From the NCBI RefSeq assembly GCF_000406145.1, contig NZ_CM001976.1:3804955-3836954 (forward strand): a DNA stretch of 32,000 bases, given 5' to 3'. The translations under genes and the position numbers were made by a program. This document shows, in pieces, positions 1 through 11,662 of this stretch (position 1 is the first letter of the stretch; each line of letters begins with the position of its first letter). This stretch comes from Dickeya dadantii NCPPB 898. GTDB taxonomy: Bacteria; Pseudomonadota; Gammaproteobacteria; Enterobacterales; Enterobacteriaceae. The notes under the pieces were generated by a model that worked only from the letters and a program-made list of their open reading frames with translations, ran no database searches and had not been told where the DNA came from.

Positions 1-260
1 AGCAGGTTCAGTCCCTGACCAAAGAGCTGGGTACAGTGGCAGCAAAAATGCTCGCAGCTAAGACGGATGAAGAGCGCCAGTTGCTTCAGCAGCAGCAGAA
101 AATGCTGCAGGCGCAGATCCAGCAATTACAGCAGCAGATTCAGCAACTGCAACAGCAAAAAGCCCAGCAGCAATCACAAGCAACGGACATCACCTCGTCC
201 GCTCAGCAGGAAAAGAGTAATCCGCTTGCCGCTGACCGTTCGGTCGATATCTATATCTGA
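1..260 (+). CDS. FlxA-like Gln-rich coiled-coil small protein, 5' end cut by the window edge
   Basis: The frame is open from nt 3 (QVQSLTKELGTVAAKMLAAKTDEERQLLQQQQKMLQAQIQQLQQQIQQLQQQK...DIYI). It is a clear paralog of the ORF at 384-752. The heptad Q/L pattern and TDEER motif fit my memory of the FlxA family (PF14282). Confidence 0.55.
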   Translation, partial: QVQSLTKELGTVAAKMLAAKTDEERQLLQQQQKMLQAQIQQLQQQIQQLQQQKAQQQSQATDITSSAQQEKSNPLAADRSVDIYI

Positions 261-319
261 TAGACCATTATTCCTGCTGACGCATTTGTATGGTCTTTGT
301 CAGGAAAGCGAAAAGCCAA

Positions 320-347
320 TAAAGATACCACTGTGCTATGCCGATAA
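320..347 (+). promoter_or_regulatory. Candidate sigma-28 (FliA) promoter for the second FlxA-like gene
   Basis: TAAAGATA (320-327), a 12 nt spacer, then GCCGATAA (340-347). The consensus is TAAAGTTT-N11-GCCGATAA. The -10 is perfect but the spacer is 1 nt long. It lies about 36 nt upstream of the ATG at 384. Confidence 0.45.
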
Positions 348-383
348 CGGCATAGCCACTGTGGCTATTTTCAGGAGGAATTT

Positions 384-752
384 ATGGCAAGCTCTATCGG
401 CTCGGCAACATCAGCCGTTTCTGCGTCATCAGGCAGCGGTAGCGCCAGTATTGAGCAGCAGATTTCCCAGTTAAATAAGGAAATTCAAACGCTGTCCAAG
501 CAAGCGGTTAAGCTGACTCAGCAGGTGAAAGACGCAACAACAGATGAAGAACGTAAATTGCTTGAACAGCAGCAAAAGATGATTCAGGCGCAGATCCAGC
601 AACTGCAGGCGCAAATTCAGCAGTTGCAGCAGCAAAAAACACAACAGGCTCAGCAGAATCAGCCGTCGGAGGTTTCCTCCATTCAATCAACCAAGCCTCA
701 GGAAGGCGTTAACGCGCCGACGGATGAGAACAGCATCAATATTTACATCTAA
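384..752 (+). CDS. FlxA-like Gln-rich coiled-coil small protein (122 aa)
   Basis: AGGAGG lies 6 nt before the ATG. It has a Ser/Ala-rich N-terminus followed by QISQLNKEIQTLSKQ...TDEERKLLEQQQKMIQAQIQQLQAQIQQLQQQK...NIYI. It is paralogous to 1-260. Confidence 0.6.
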   Translation: MASSIGSATSAVSASSGSGSASIEQQISQLNKEIQTLSKQAVKLTQQVKDATTDEERKLLEQQQKMIQAQIQQLQAQIQQLQQQKTQQAQQNQPSEVSSIQSTKPQEGVNAPTDENSINIYI

Positions 753-787
753 TCCCGTGTCTGGCTGATTATCGCCTGAAATGAATG

Positions 788-825
788 AAAGCATCATTTA
801 TCGATATGATTAATGGTGCTTTTTT
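788..825. terminator. A/T-rich hairpin followed by T5, a possible terminator after the FlxA-like genes
   Basis: aaagcatcat (788-797) pairs with atggtgcttt (813-822) with one G-U, and is followed by a T run to 825. The loop is large (15 nt), so this is a weak-to-moderate call. Confidence 0.4.
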
Positions 826-913
826 ATTGGGTGAAAGCCTGTGCGGAAGGCAAATAATAGCGACGCCAGAGAGCAGCAAAGAATGCGGTCATCAGCCATT
901 GACTCCCGCTATT

Positions 914-1033
914 AAGGTATCAAGATAGCAATGTACCTGAGATAGCTATGTACCTGAGATAACAATGTATCTGGAACAACAATTGTATCTGAAACAACAA
1001 TGTATCTGGAACAACAATGTATCTGAAACAACA
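914..1033. repeat. Tandem array of a 17-18 bp unit: 6 good copies plus 1 degenerate leading copy
   Basis: atgtacctgagatagct / atgtacctgagataaca / atgtatctggaacaaca / attgtatctgaaacaaca / atgtatctggaacaaca / atgtatctgaaacaaca (931-1033). A degenerate copy sits at 914-930. The array ends 5 nt from the ypeB stop codon. Confidence 0.9.
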
Positions 1034-1038
1034 ACGCA

Positions 1039-1260
1039 TCAGGGCTGGGGACGGCGCAGCGGCTTAACCAACCCCTGCAACCCTTCCATCTTAATCGCCA
1101 GCGTAATCTGCATCAGTTCCCCTAACCGCCCCGCCGGGAATTCGCCCTTGCGGGCGAACCAAAGAAGATACTCTTCCGGCAAGTCGATCAGCATCCGGCC
1201 TTTGTATTTGCCAAACGGCATTGGCGTATTGGCTATCGCCAGCAGATCCGCTTTTTCCAT
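1039..1260 (-). CDS. ypeB: DUF3820 family protein YpeB (73 aa)
   Basis: MEKADLLAIANTPMPFGKYKGRMLIDLPEEYLLWFARKGEFPAGRLGELMQITL... closely matches remembered E. coli YpeB. It lies 7 nt downstream of ligA, as in K-12. Confidence 0.85.
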   Translation of the reverse strand: MEKADLLAIANTPMPFGKYKGRMLIDLPEEYLLWFARKGEFPAGRLGELMQITLAIKMEGLQGLVKPLRRPQP

Positions 1261-1267
1261 CTTGCCT

Positions 1268-4758
<3,491 letters not shown>

Positions 4759-4799
4759 TCCCTGGCTCCAAAAACAGGTTCATTTTTAACGCGCGCTAT

Positions 4800-4808
4800 A
4801 TTATCACA
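4800..4808 (-). promoter_or_regulatory. Candidate extended -10 (TGTGATAAT) for hldE
   Basis: The minus strand reads TGTGATAAT about 41 nt upstream of the hldE ATG. No good -35 is present. It abuts the 21-22 bp repeat array. Confidence 0.35.
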
Positions 4809-4866
4809 TTCAACTACCACACCATCACATTCAACTACCACACGCTCACACTCAACTACCACACTC
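4803..4866. repeat. Tandem array of a 21-22 bp unit, 3 copies
   Basis: atcacattcaactaccacacc / atcacattcaactaccacacgc / tcacactcaactaccacactc, located in the glnE-hldE spacer. Confidence 0.85.
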
Positions 4867-4913
4867 ACCGGGTAGCCACAGTGCCCCAGCGGGGCAGTTT
4901 TGCGCGACATGTC

Positions 4914-7763
4914 TCATTCCAGCCACTTTTTCCAGCTCTGTAGCACCTGCTGCCGCTCGGCGCTGAAACGGTCATGGCCGACGCGACCGGGCAGTTCCTG
5001 CAACGCCAGATGATGGATTTCATCGCGCAGGGTGATGTAGGCCAGCCGTAAAGCATCAGCCTCGTCCTCCGCCATCACGCCGTGGCGGGCCAGCAATTCC
5101 AGAATACGCACATTATCGGACCAGCGCGTCAGCCGCGGCTCCTGCGCCGCGTCACGCAACACCAGATACTGGGCGATGAACTCAATATCGGTGATGCCGC
5201 CGGCGTCGGCCTTGATATCAAAACCCGAGTCCTTGCTGGCGTGGTGCTGGCGCATTTTTTCCCGCATTTCGCGCACTTCGGTGCGCAGCGCGTCGCCGTC
5301 ACGCTCACGGCACAGAATCCGCTGACGAATTTGCTCAAACTGTTGCTGAATGGCGGGTTCGCCATACACTACCCTGGCGCGCACCAGCGCCTGATGCTCC
5401 CAGGTCCAGGCTTCGTTGCGCTGATAATCCTCGAACGCCGCCACGGTGCTCACCAGCATACCCGCCGCTCCCGACGGCCTTAAACGGGCGTCGACCTCGT
5501 ACAAAATACCGGACGAGGTACGTGTGCTGAACAGGTGCATCACGCGCTGGGCCAGTCGCAAATAGAACTGACGGCCGTCGATGCTGCGCTCGCCATCGGT
5601 CACCACGTTATCCGGGCAATCAATCAGAAACACCAGATCAAGGTCGGAACTGTAGCCCAACTCCCAGCCGCCCAGCTTGCCGTACCCCACCACGGCGAAC
5701 CCGCGCCCGGACTGAGCATGCAGGTGGGCAGGCTGGCCGTAACGCGCCACCATCTGGCTCCACGCCTGCTGTACCACGGCGGCAATTATCGCCTCCGCCA
5801 GATAGGTTAAGTGATCGCTCACTTTCATGACCGGCAGCGCGCCGACGATATCGGCCGCCGCGATGCGCAGATGCTGCGCCTGCTTGAACTGACGCAACGC
5901 TTCCAGTTGCTGCTCTTCGTCCTCCTCCGGCACCCGCATTAAGTATTGACGCAGTTCGTCGGCGTAAGCATTCAGCTCGGTGGGTTGGTACAAGCTGGCC
6001 GGGTCCAGCAGTTCATCCAGCAGCAACGGATAACGCGCCAGTTGGCTGGCAATCATCGGCGACACGGCGCACAGCCAGATCAGCTGCGTCAGCGCCGGGC
6101 GCGACTCCAGCAACAGTTCCAGATAGGTGGTACGGGTAACGATGCCCAGCAACAGCGGCGTCAGGCGCGCCACGATGACGTCGGCATTAGCATGGCCGCA
6201 GGCCTGCGCCAGCAATGCCGGCATCAGTTGGTCGAGCACGTCGCGTCCGCGCGGCCCGATGGTGCGACGGGATAAATCAGCGCGGAAATCCGTCACCCGC
6301 GCCAGCAACCGCTCGCATACCTCCGGGGTCAGGTCAGGCGCCAGCGCCGCCAGGTCCGCGCTATCCAGGCTATCCTGCCACAGGCTGCTGTAATGGCTGT
6401 GTTCCGGGGTTTCGCTGCCGTCGGGCGCTTCATCGCCAATCAGCTCATGGAACACCGCGCGCACCGCCTGCATCTGCTGATGTAAGCGTTCACTCAGTTG
6501 CAACCAGTCGTCACAGCGCATCCCCCACGCCAACCGCGCCTGATTAAGCGGGTCTCCCGGCAGAGTTTGCGTCTGTTCGTCGGCGATCGACTGCAGCAGG
6601 TTCTCCAGCCGGCGTAAAAATAAATACGCCTCGCGCAACTGATCCGCCTGCGCCGGGGTCAACAGCCCCAGCTCGCCAACCTGCGCCAGCGTCGGCAGCA
6701 GAGCGCGCCCTTGCAACGTAGGCTCACGGCCGCCGCGAATCAGCTGAAACACCTGGGTGATGAACTCCACTTCGCGGATGCCGCCCGCCCCCAGCTTGAT
6801 GTTGTTGCGCAGGTCGCGCCGCCGCACTTCGCGGGCGATCATGCTCTTCATGTTGCGTAGCGATTGAATCACGCTGAAATCGATATAGCGGCGAAACACG
6901 AACGGCCGCAGCATGCGGATCAGTTCCTGGCTGTAATGGTCGTCATCGCCCCCCATCAGCCGGGCTTTGACCATCGCATACCGTTCCCAGTCGCGCCCCT
7001 GCTCCTGATAGTAATCCTCCAGCGCGGCGAAACTCATCACCAGCGGGCCGCTGTCGCCGAACGGCCGCAGACGCATGTCTACCCGGTAAACAAAGCCGTC
7101 CACGGTCGGCTGGTCCAACGCCTTGATCAACCGCTGACCGAGGCGGGTGAAGAACTGGGCGTTATCCAGTTCCCGGCGTCCGCCGCGGGTCTGGCCGTTT
7201 TCCGGATAGGCGAAAATCAGATCGATATCCGAGGAAAAATTCAGTTCGCCGCCGCCGAGTTTGCCCATGCCCAGAATCAGCAACGGCTGAGGCTCGCCCG
7301 CCGCATTGCAGGGCGTGCCCCACTCGCGGCAGCAGGCGTCATACAGCCACTGGCGGGCAGCGACGATCAGCACTTCTGCCAAAACGCTCAGTTGCTGCAA
7401 CGTCTGCTCGGTGGTACTGAGCTGCAACCATTGCCCCCAGGCGATGCGCGTCAGAATGCGGCGCCGGAACAGGCGCAACGCCTGCATTAACGCCGCCTCA
7501 TCGCCAACGCTGCTCAACGACTGCGACAGCCAGTCCGCATACTGCCGCCACTCCTCCGGCTGGGGCGGTTGCTGCATCATCTCCTGCCGCCACTCCGGAT
7601 AGCGCGCCAGCGCGTCGCTAACGAACTCGCTGCAAATCAGTACCGCCATCGCTTCATCGTCCAGCGGCGTCGGATCGGAAATCAACAGGCGCTCCGCCTC
7701 ATGGCGTGCCTGTTCGGTCAGTGGTTCAGAGAGCGGAAACAACGATGCGGGACGACAGGTCAT
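4914..7763 (-). CDS. glnE: Bifunctional glutamine synthetase adenylyltransferase / adenylyl-removing enzyme GlnE (949 aa)
   Basis: Collinear with E. coli GlnE, for example [23 protein letters not shown] and [25 protein letters not shown] (two nucleotidyltransferase domains). AAGGA lies 7 nt before the ATG. Confidence 0.97.
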   Translation of the reverse strand: MTCRPASLFPLSEPLTEQARHEAERLLISDPTPLDDEAMAVLICSEFVSDALARYPEWRQEMMQQPPQPEEWRQYADWLSQSLSSVGDEAALMQALRLFRRRILTRIAWGQWLQLSTTEQTLQQLSVLAEVLIVAARQWLYDACCREWGTPCNAAGEPQPLLILGMGKLGGGELNFSSDIDLIFAYPENGQTRGGRRELDNAQFFTRLGQRLIKALDQPTVDGFVYRVDMRLRPFGDSGPLVMSFAALEDYYQEQGRDWERYAMVKARLMGGDDDHYSQELIRMLRPFVFRRYIDFSVIQSLRNMKSMIAREVRRRDLRNNIKLGAGGIREVEFITQVFQLIRGGREPTLQGRALLPTLAQVGELGLLTPAQADQLREAYLFLRRLENLLQSIADEQTQTLPGDPLNQARLAWGMRCDDWLQLSERLHQQMQAVRAVFHELIGDEAPDGSETPEHSHYSSLWQDSLDSADLAALAPDLTPEVCERLLARVTDFRADLSRRTIGPRGRDVLDQLMPALLAQACGHANADVIVARLTPLLLGIVTRTTYLELLLESRPALTQLIWLCAVSPMIASQLARYPLLLDELLDPASLYQPTELNAYADELRQYLMRVPEEDEEQQLEALRQFKQAQHLRIAAADIVGALPVMKVSDHLTYLAEAIIAAVVQQAWSQMVARYGQPAHLHAQSGRGFAVVGYGKLGGWELGYSSDLDLVFLIDCPDNVVTDGERSIDGRQFYLRLAQRVMHLFSTRTSSGILYEVDARLRPSGAAGMLVSTVAAFEDYQRNEAWTWEHQALVRARVVYGEPAIQQQFEQIRQRILCRERDGDALRTEVREMREKMRQHHASKDSGFDIKADAGGITDIEFIAQYLVLRDAAQEPRLTRWSDNVRILELLARHGVMAEDEADALRLAYITLRDEIHHLALQELPGRVGHDRFSAERQQVLQSWKKWLE

Positions 7764-7796
7764 GGCGATATCCTTGCACAGCTGCCCCGTCAGGCA

Positions 7797-7826
7797 GCTT
7801 CGATAAATGTTGCTTCGATAAATGTT
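7797..7826. repeat. Perfect 15 bp tandem duplication
   Basis: gcttcgataaatgtt occurs twice, head to tail, in the ygiF-glnE spacer. Confidence 0.85.
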
Positions 7827-7831
7827 GAACC

Positions 7832-7871
7832 GGGGTTATCGCCTTGCCGGCGCCGGAAAAGCGATAGCCCC
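7832..7871. other. Composite palindromic hairpin downstream of ygiF, with no U tract
   Basis: ggggttatcgc (7832-7842) pairs with gcgatagcccc (7861-7871) with one mismatch or wobble. It encloses the perfect palindrome ccggcgccgg (7847-7856). It lies 17 nt after the ygiF stop. Confidence 0.35.
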
Positions 7872-7888
7872 GAAGCGCGACAGGCGGA

Positions 7889-9220
7889 TTATTGGCCGCT
7901 GTGCAGCCAGAACGGCGGCTGTTCGATCGCCTGCTTACGGCAGTGCTCCAGCTCGCTGGGTATACTCTGGCCAGCGGACAGCGCGTCAATCAGCCGCATC
8001 AACTCACGCCACGGCTGCAAATAGCGGTGGGTATCCTCCGGCGGGTAGGAACCGCCCAGCAGTAAAAAGGCGTACACGCCGCGCTGCAGCCGCGGTAATT
8101 GCTGAGTGTAATGCAACGCATCCAGCGCGTGACTGAACACAGCTTTCAATTCAGCCAGACTGCGGCTCATCATGATATCGGCAAAGCGTTTCCAGGAGCT
8201 TTGCAACCGCATCAGCTCACGGTTGTCCATGTAGCCGCGCCAGCCGCGTTTTACCAGCCACGAGGTCACAATCAGTTTACCCTTCAGGTAATCGGCGCTG
8301 TAGCAGAGTGCATCCGCCGTTTCCGTACGTTCGATCCCCTCTTCGAGATGGGTCAACGCCGCGCGGAATTCCGAGGTCACCTTACGCGGCACCACGCCCC
8401 CCGCCAGCACCAGCAGTTCCCGCATCATCGCACCGGCCTCCAGCAACGCCAGGCGCGCCGCATTATCGCCGCGCACCCACAGTTCCTCATGGTATTGCCA
8501 GTGACTAAATGCATATTCCAGCCCGGCGGCAATACCCTGGTCGAGCGTCATTTTAGGCTCTACCGGCAGGAACCCCAGCTCACTGCACGGCCTGGCCGGA
8601 TTGCCTTTCGCCAGATGATAGCCTCGGGCGGCTTTGCTCAGGCTCCCTTGCCGTAAGCCGCCGATATCGGCCAGCTCGCTGGCGAACGCCAGCAAATCCG
8701 CGGTACGACCGTTTTTCAGCTCCAGTTCCAGTTCGCACAGCGGTTCGATGAATTCGCCGGCGCTGACCTCGCCCTGATCAACGGCTATCTCAATCAGGCT
8801 CTGATGATGGGACACCACCCAGGCTTCTCGCTGAAAATCAGTGCTGAACAGCGGCTGTAACGCCTGAGCCAGCGCGTCGATATCGCAATCCTCCGGCCAA
8901 ATCTCCGCAGGCAGCAGACGAATATCCAGTTGCGGCCCGGGCAGATCCACGTTGTATTCCGGGTGCTGATGGAGCCCGCCGACCACTTTCCCCGCGGTTT
9001 TCACCGTCATCTCATAACGGCCGTTTTCGCCCCGGATACGCAGCCCGATACCATGCCGGCGCAGATAAGCGTCGGCGGTTTCGTAATAAATATTCGCCAG
9101 TTGGCGGGTATGCAGATGGTTGCTGTGGCCCACGTCGCTCTGCCAGTTTTTCAGGCCCTGCCTGACCGCCGCCAACGCCTCGGGGTGAATGATAAATTTT
9201 AACTCGATCTCTTCGCTCAT
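7889..9220 (-). CDS. ygiF: Inorganic triphosphatase YgiF (CYTH plus CHAD domains, 443 aa)
   Basis: SEEIELKFI...GLRIRGENGRYEMTVKTAGKVVGGLHQHPEYNV...CELELELKNG...GSLSKAARGYHLA matches remembered E. coli YgiF. The position between glnE and ygiM is conserved. Confidence 0.9.
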   Translation of the reverse strand: MSEEIELKFIIHPEALAAVRQGLKNWQSDVGHSNHLHTRQLANIYYETADAYLRRHGIGLRIRGENGRYEMTVKTAGKVVGGLHQHPEYNVDLPGPQLDIRLLPAEIWPEDCDIDALAQALQPLFSTDFQREAWVVSHHQSLIEIAVDQGEVSAGEFIEPLCELELELKNGRTADLLAFASELADIGGLRQGSLSKAARGYHLAKGNPARPCSELGFLPVEPKMTLDQGIAAGLEYAFSHWQYHEELWVRGDNAARLALLEAGAMMRELLVLAGGVVPRKVTSEFRAALTHLEEGIERTETADALCYSADYLKGKLIVTSWLVKRGWRGYMDNRELMRLQSSWKRFADIMMSRSLAELKAVFSHALDALHYTQQLPRLQRGVYAFLLLGGSYPPEDTHRYLQPWRELMRLIDALSAGQSIPSELEHCRKQAIEQPPFWLHSGQ

Positions 9221-9519
9221 AGTCTTGCACTACCGGATATTGCGGAAATGTCGCCAGTAAATAACATTTTATCTCAGGTTGCCACTTTTGCGGCATGGCG
9301 GCGCACACGCCCTGCGAGCGCTCTCACAAGGCGTGTGCAACCCGATTTTCTCCCTCGCCGAATTTTGACTATGCTTGAGTCCTCATCGCCAGTTAACCAA
9401 GGCACTGATTTACCGGACCAAGTTTACAAAACCAAGAGTAAGACTGTTCCCATTCAGGTTTGCCGGCGGCATCGTCAGACTGGGCGCGCGAACCGTAGAA
9501 CCTCTATGAACTTAATATA

Positions 9520-10149
9520 TTGAATATGATGAATAAATTACCCTTTTTCCTTGCCGCGATCCTGGGTCTGTCCACAACATTGGGCCTGCATGCGGAAGAA
9601 AAACGCTATATCTCCGATGAACTTGCCACCTACACCCGCAGCGGTCCAGGCAACCAGTACCGTATCGTCGGCACGTTGAACGCCGGTGAAGCCGTCACGC
9701 TTATCAGCGCCGACGCCGGTGCCGGTTACGCACAGATCCGTGACGAAAAAGGCCGCACCAGTTGGATTCAGCTCGATCAGCTCAGCCAGACACCCAGCCT
9801 GAAAACCCGGGTGCCGGAACTGGAGAATCAGGTCAAAACGCTGACGGACAAGCTTAACAGCGTCGATCAGGACTGGAACCAGCGCACCGTCGACCTACGC
9901 CAGAAAGTCGCCGCCAGTGACGGCACCCTCACATCGTTGCAAAAAGAAAATCAGGCGCTGAAGAGCCAGCTGGAGGTGGCGCAGAAAAAGCTTGAGGTAG
10001 CCAATCTGCAACTGGACGACAAGCAGCGCACGCTGATCATGCAGTGGTTTATGTACGGCGGAGGCGTGGCGGGCGCGGGTCTGGTGCTGGGACTACTGCT
10101 GCCGCACCTGTTGCCCAGACGTAAAAAGAACGACCGCTGGATGGGGTAA
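9520..10149 (+). CDS. ygiM: SH3 domain-containing membrane-anchored protein YgiM
   Basis: The signal peptide, ...EEKRYISDELATYTRSGPGNQYRIVGTLNAGE... and the C-terminal TM with LDDKQRTLIMQWFMYGGGV...RRKKNDRWMG match E. coli YgiM. The start is uncertain (TTG 9520, ATG 9526 or 9529) and no clear SD is present. Confidence 0.85.
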   Translation: MNMMNKLPFFLAAILGLSTTLGLHAEEKRYISDELATYTRSGPGNQYRIVGTLNAGEAVTLISADAGAGYAQIRDEKGRTSWIQLDQLSQTPSLKTRVPELENQVKTLTDKLNSVDQDWNQRTVDLRQKVAASDGTLTSLQKENQALKSQLEVAQKKLEVANLQLDDKQRTLIMQWFMYGGGVAGAGLVLGLLLPHLLPRRKKNDRWMG

Positions 10150-10192
10150 CTCCTGAACACCGGCTCGCCGACCACCCGGATGTCCCCCCGCT

Positions 10193-10270
10193 GTTTTCGG
10201 AAATGGCTTTCAAAGGTAGTTTTCAAAGATAGTTTTCGGGATAGCGTTCGAGATTGTGTTCAAGAGGATG
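10193..10270. repeat. Degenerate tandem array of a 12-14 bp unit, about 6 copies
   Basis: gttttcggaaatg / gctttcaaaggta / gttttcaaagata / gttttcgggatagc / gttcgagattgt / gttcaagaggat, located in the ygiM-cca spacer. Confidence 0.6.
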
Positions 10271-10276
10271 TTAATC

Positions 10277-10316
10277 AACAATAACCGAAATTATTGTTAG
10301 CTATAATTTCGGTTAT
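10277..10316 (+). promoter_or_regulatory. Two mutually exclusive perfect inverted repeats with an embedded TATAAT, upstream of cca
   Basis: Hairpin A pairs aacaataa (10277-10284) with ttattgtt (10291-10298). Hairpin B pairs ataaccgaaatta (10281-10293) with taatttcggttat (10304-10316). TATAAT at 10302-10307 spans the loop and 3' arm of hairpin B. Confidence 0.5.
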
Positions 10317-10366
10317 GGCTGGCTATCATTCCAGTTATCGACACAGCCTAACATCGGGAGCCGGGT

Positions 10367-11614
10367 TTGAAGATTTACCTTGTAGGGGGCGCAGTGCGCG
10401 ACGGCCTGTTGGGCAGGCCGGTCACCGAACGCGACTGGGTGGTGGTCGGCGCCACGCCGGAAATGCTGTTGCAACAAGGCTACCAGCAGGTTGGGCGGGA
10501 TTTCCCGGTTTTCCTGCACCCGGAAACCAAAGAGGAGTATGCGCTGGCGCGCACCGAGCGCAAATCCGGCAATGGCTATACCGGGTTTACCTGCCAGGCC
10601 ACGCCGGACATCACGCTGGAAGAGGATCTGCAACGCCGCGATCTGACCATCAACGCCATCGCGCAGGATGAAGACGGGCAGTTGATTGACCCCTACGACG
10701 GTCAGCGTGATTTGCAAAACCGGCTCCTGCGCCATGTGTCCGACGCTTTCAGCGAAGATCCGCTGCGGGTGCTGCGGGTCGCGCGCTTCGCCGCCCGCTA
10801 TGCCCATCTCGGTTTCCTGATCGCCGAAGAAACCCTGAACCTGATGCAGGCGATGACCCGTAACGGCGAGCTGGATTTCCTGACGCCGGAACGGGTGTGG
10901 AAAGAAACAGAGAAAGCCCTCGCTACTCAAGATCCGCAGGTCTATTTTCAGGTGCTGCGCGACTGTGGCGCGCTGGCGGTGCTGTTCCCCGAAATCGATC
11001 GTCTTTACGGCGTGCCGGCTCCCGCCCAATGGCACCCGGAAATCGACACCGGCATTCATGTGATGATGAGTCTGGCGATGGCCGCCCGCCTCAGTCCGGC
11101 GCTTGACGTACGCTTCGCCACCTTGTGTCACGATCTCGGCAAGGGACTGACGCCGCCTGAACTGTGGCCGCGCCATCACGGTCACGGCCCGGCCGGCGTA
11201 CCGCTGGTGGAAGCGTTGTGCCAGCGGTTACGGGTGCCTAACGCGCTGCGCGACCTGGCCTGTCTGGTGGCCGAGTACCATGATGTGGTCCACACTGTGC
11301 AGATGCTGCAACCCAAAACCCTGCTTAAGCTATTTGACGCCATCGATGTCTGGCGCAAACCCCAGCGTCTGGAACAGTTGCTGCTCGCCAGCGAGGCGGA
11401 CGCACGCGGGCGCGCCGGTCTGGAGCAACAACCCTATCTTCAGGGAGACTATCTGCGCGAAGCTTTTATTGCCGCCAGCCGGATAACCAGCGCTGAAGTG
11501 GTGGCGGCCGGATTCCAGCATGCCGCGATCAGGGAAGAATTGCAGCGCCGTCGCTGCGCCGCGCTGGAAGAATGGAAAGCCCGGCGCGCCGAAGCTGCCG
11601 GGCTGTCGTCATAA
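10367..11614 (+). CDS. cca: Multifunctional CCA-adding tRNA nucleotidyltransferase / phosphohydrolase Cca (415 aa), TTG start
   Basis: [12 protein letters not shown]...[26 protein letters not shown]...[26 protein letters not shown] is collinear with E. coli Cca. GGGAG lies 6 nt before the TTG at 10367. Confidence 0.95.
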   Translation: MKIYLVGGAVRDGLLGRPVTERDWVVVGATPEMLLQQGYQQVGRDFPVFLHPETKEEYALARTERKSGNGYTGFTCQATPDITLEEDLQRRDLTINAIAQDEDGQLIDPYDGQRDLQNRLLRHVSDAFSEDPLRVLRVARFAARYAHLGFLIAEETLNLMQAMTRNGELDFLTPERVWKETEKALATQDPQVYFQVLRDCGALAVLFPEIDRLYGVPAPAQWHPEIDTGIHVMMSLAMAARLSPALDVRFATLCHDLGKGLTPPELWPRHHGHGPAGVPLVEALCQRLRVPNALRDLACLVAEYHDVVHTVQMLQPKTLLKLFDAIDVWRKPQRLEQLLLASEADARGRAGLEQQPYLQGDYLREAFIAASRITSAEVVAAGFQHAAIREELQRRRCAALEEWKARRAEAAGLSS

Positions 11615-11631
11615 GCACATAACGCCGTTAT

Positions 11632-11659
11632 CGTCGGGATGCATCGATTCATCCCGACG
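11632..11659. terminator. 10 bp perfect hairpin between the convergent cca and uppP genes, with no U tract
   Basis: cgtcgggatg (11632-11641) pairs with catcccgacg (11650-11659) across an 8 nt loop. Confidence 0.4.
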
Positions 11660-11662
11660 GCA

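Noticed and set aside
9303-9338. 9 bp hairpin (gcacacgcc/ggcgtgtgc) followed by a short T run in the ygiF/ygiM divergent region, considered as a possible sRNA terminator
   Set aside because: It has an 18 nt loop and only TTTT at a distance. There is no convincing promoter upstream on either strand, and it is more simply part of the ygiM 5' region.
10313-11185. 290 aa minus-strand ORF antisense to cca
   Set aside because: Same reasoning: it overlaps the collinear Cca coding frame and has a low-complexity, Arg/Gln/His-rich composition.
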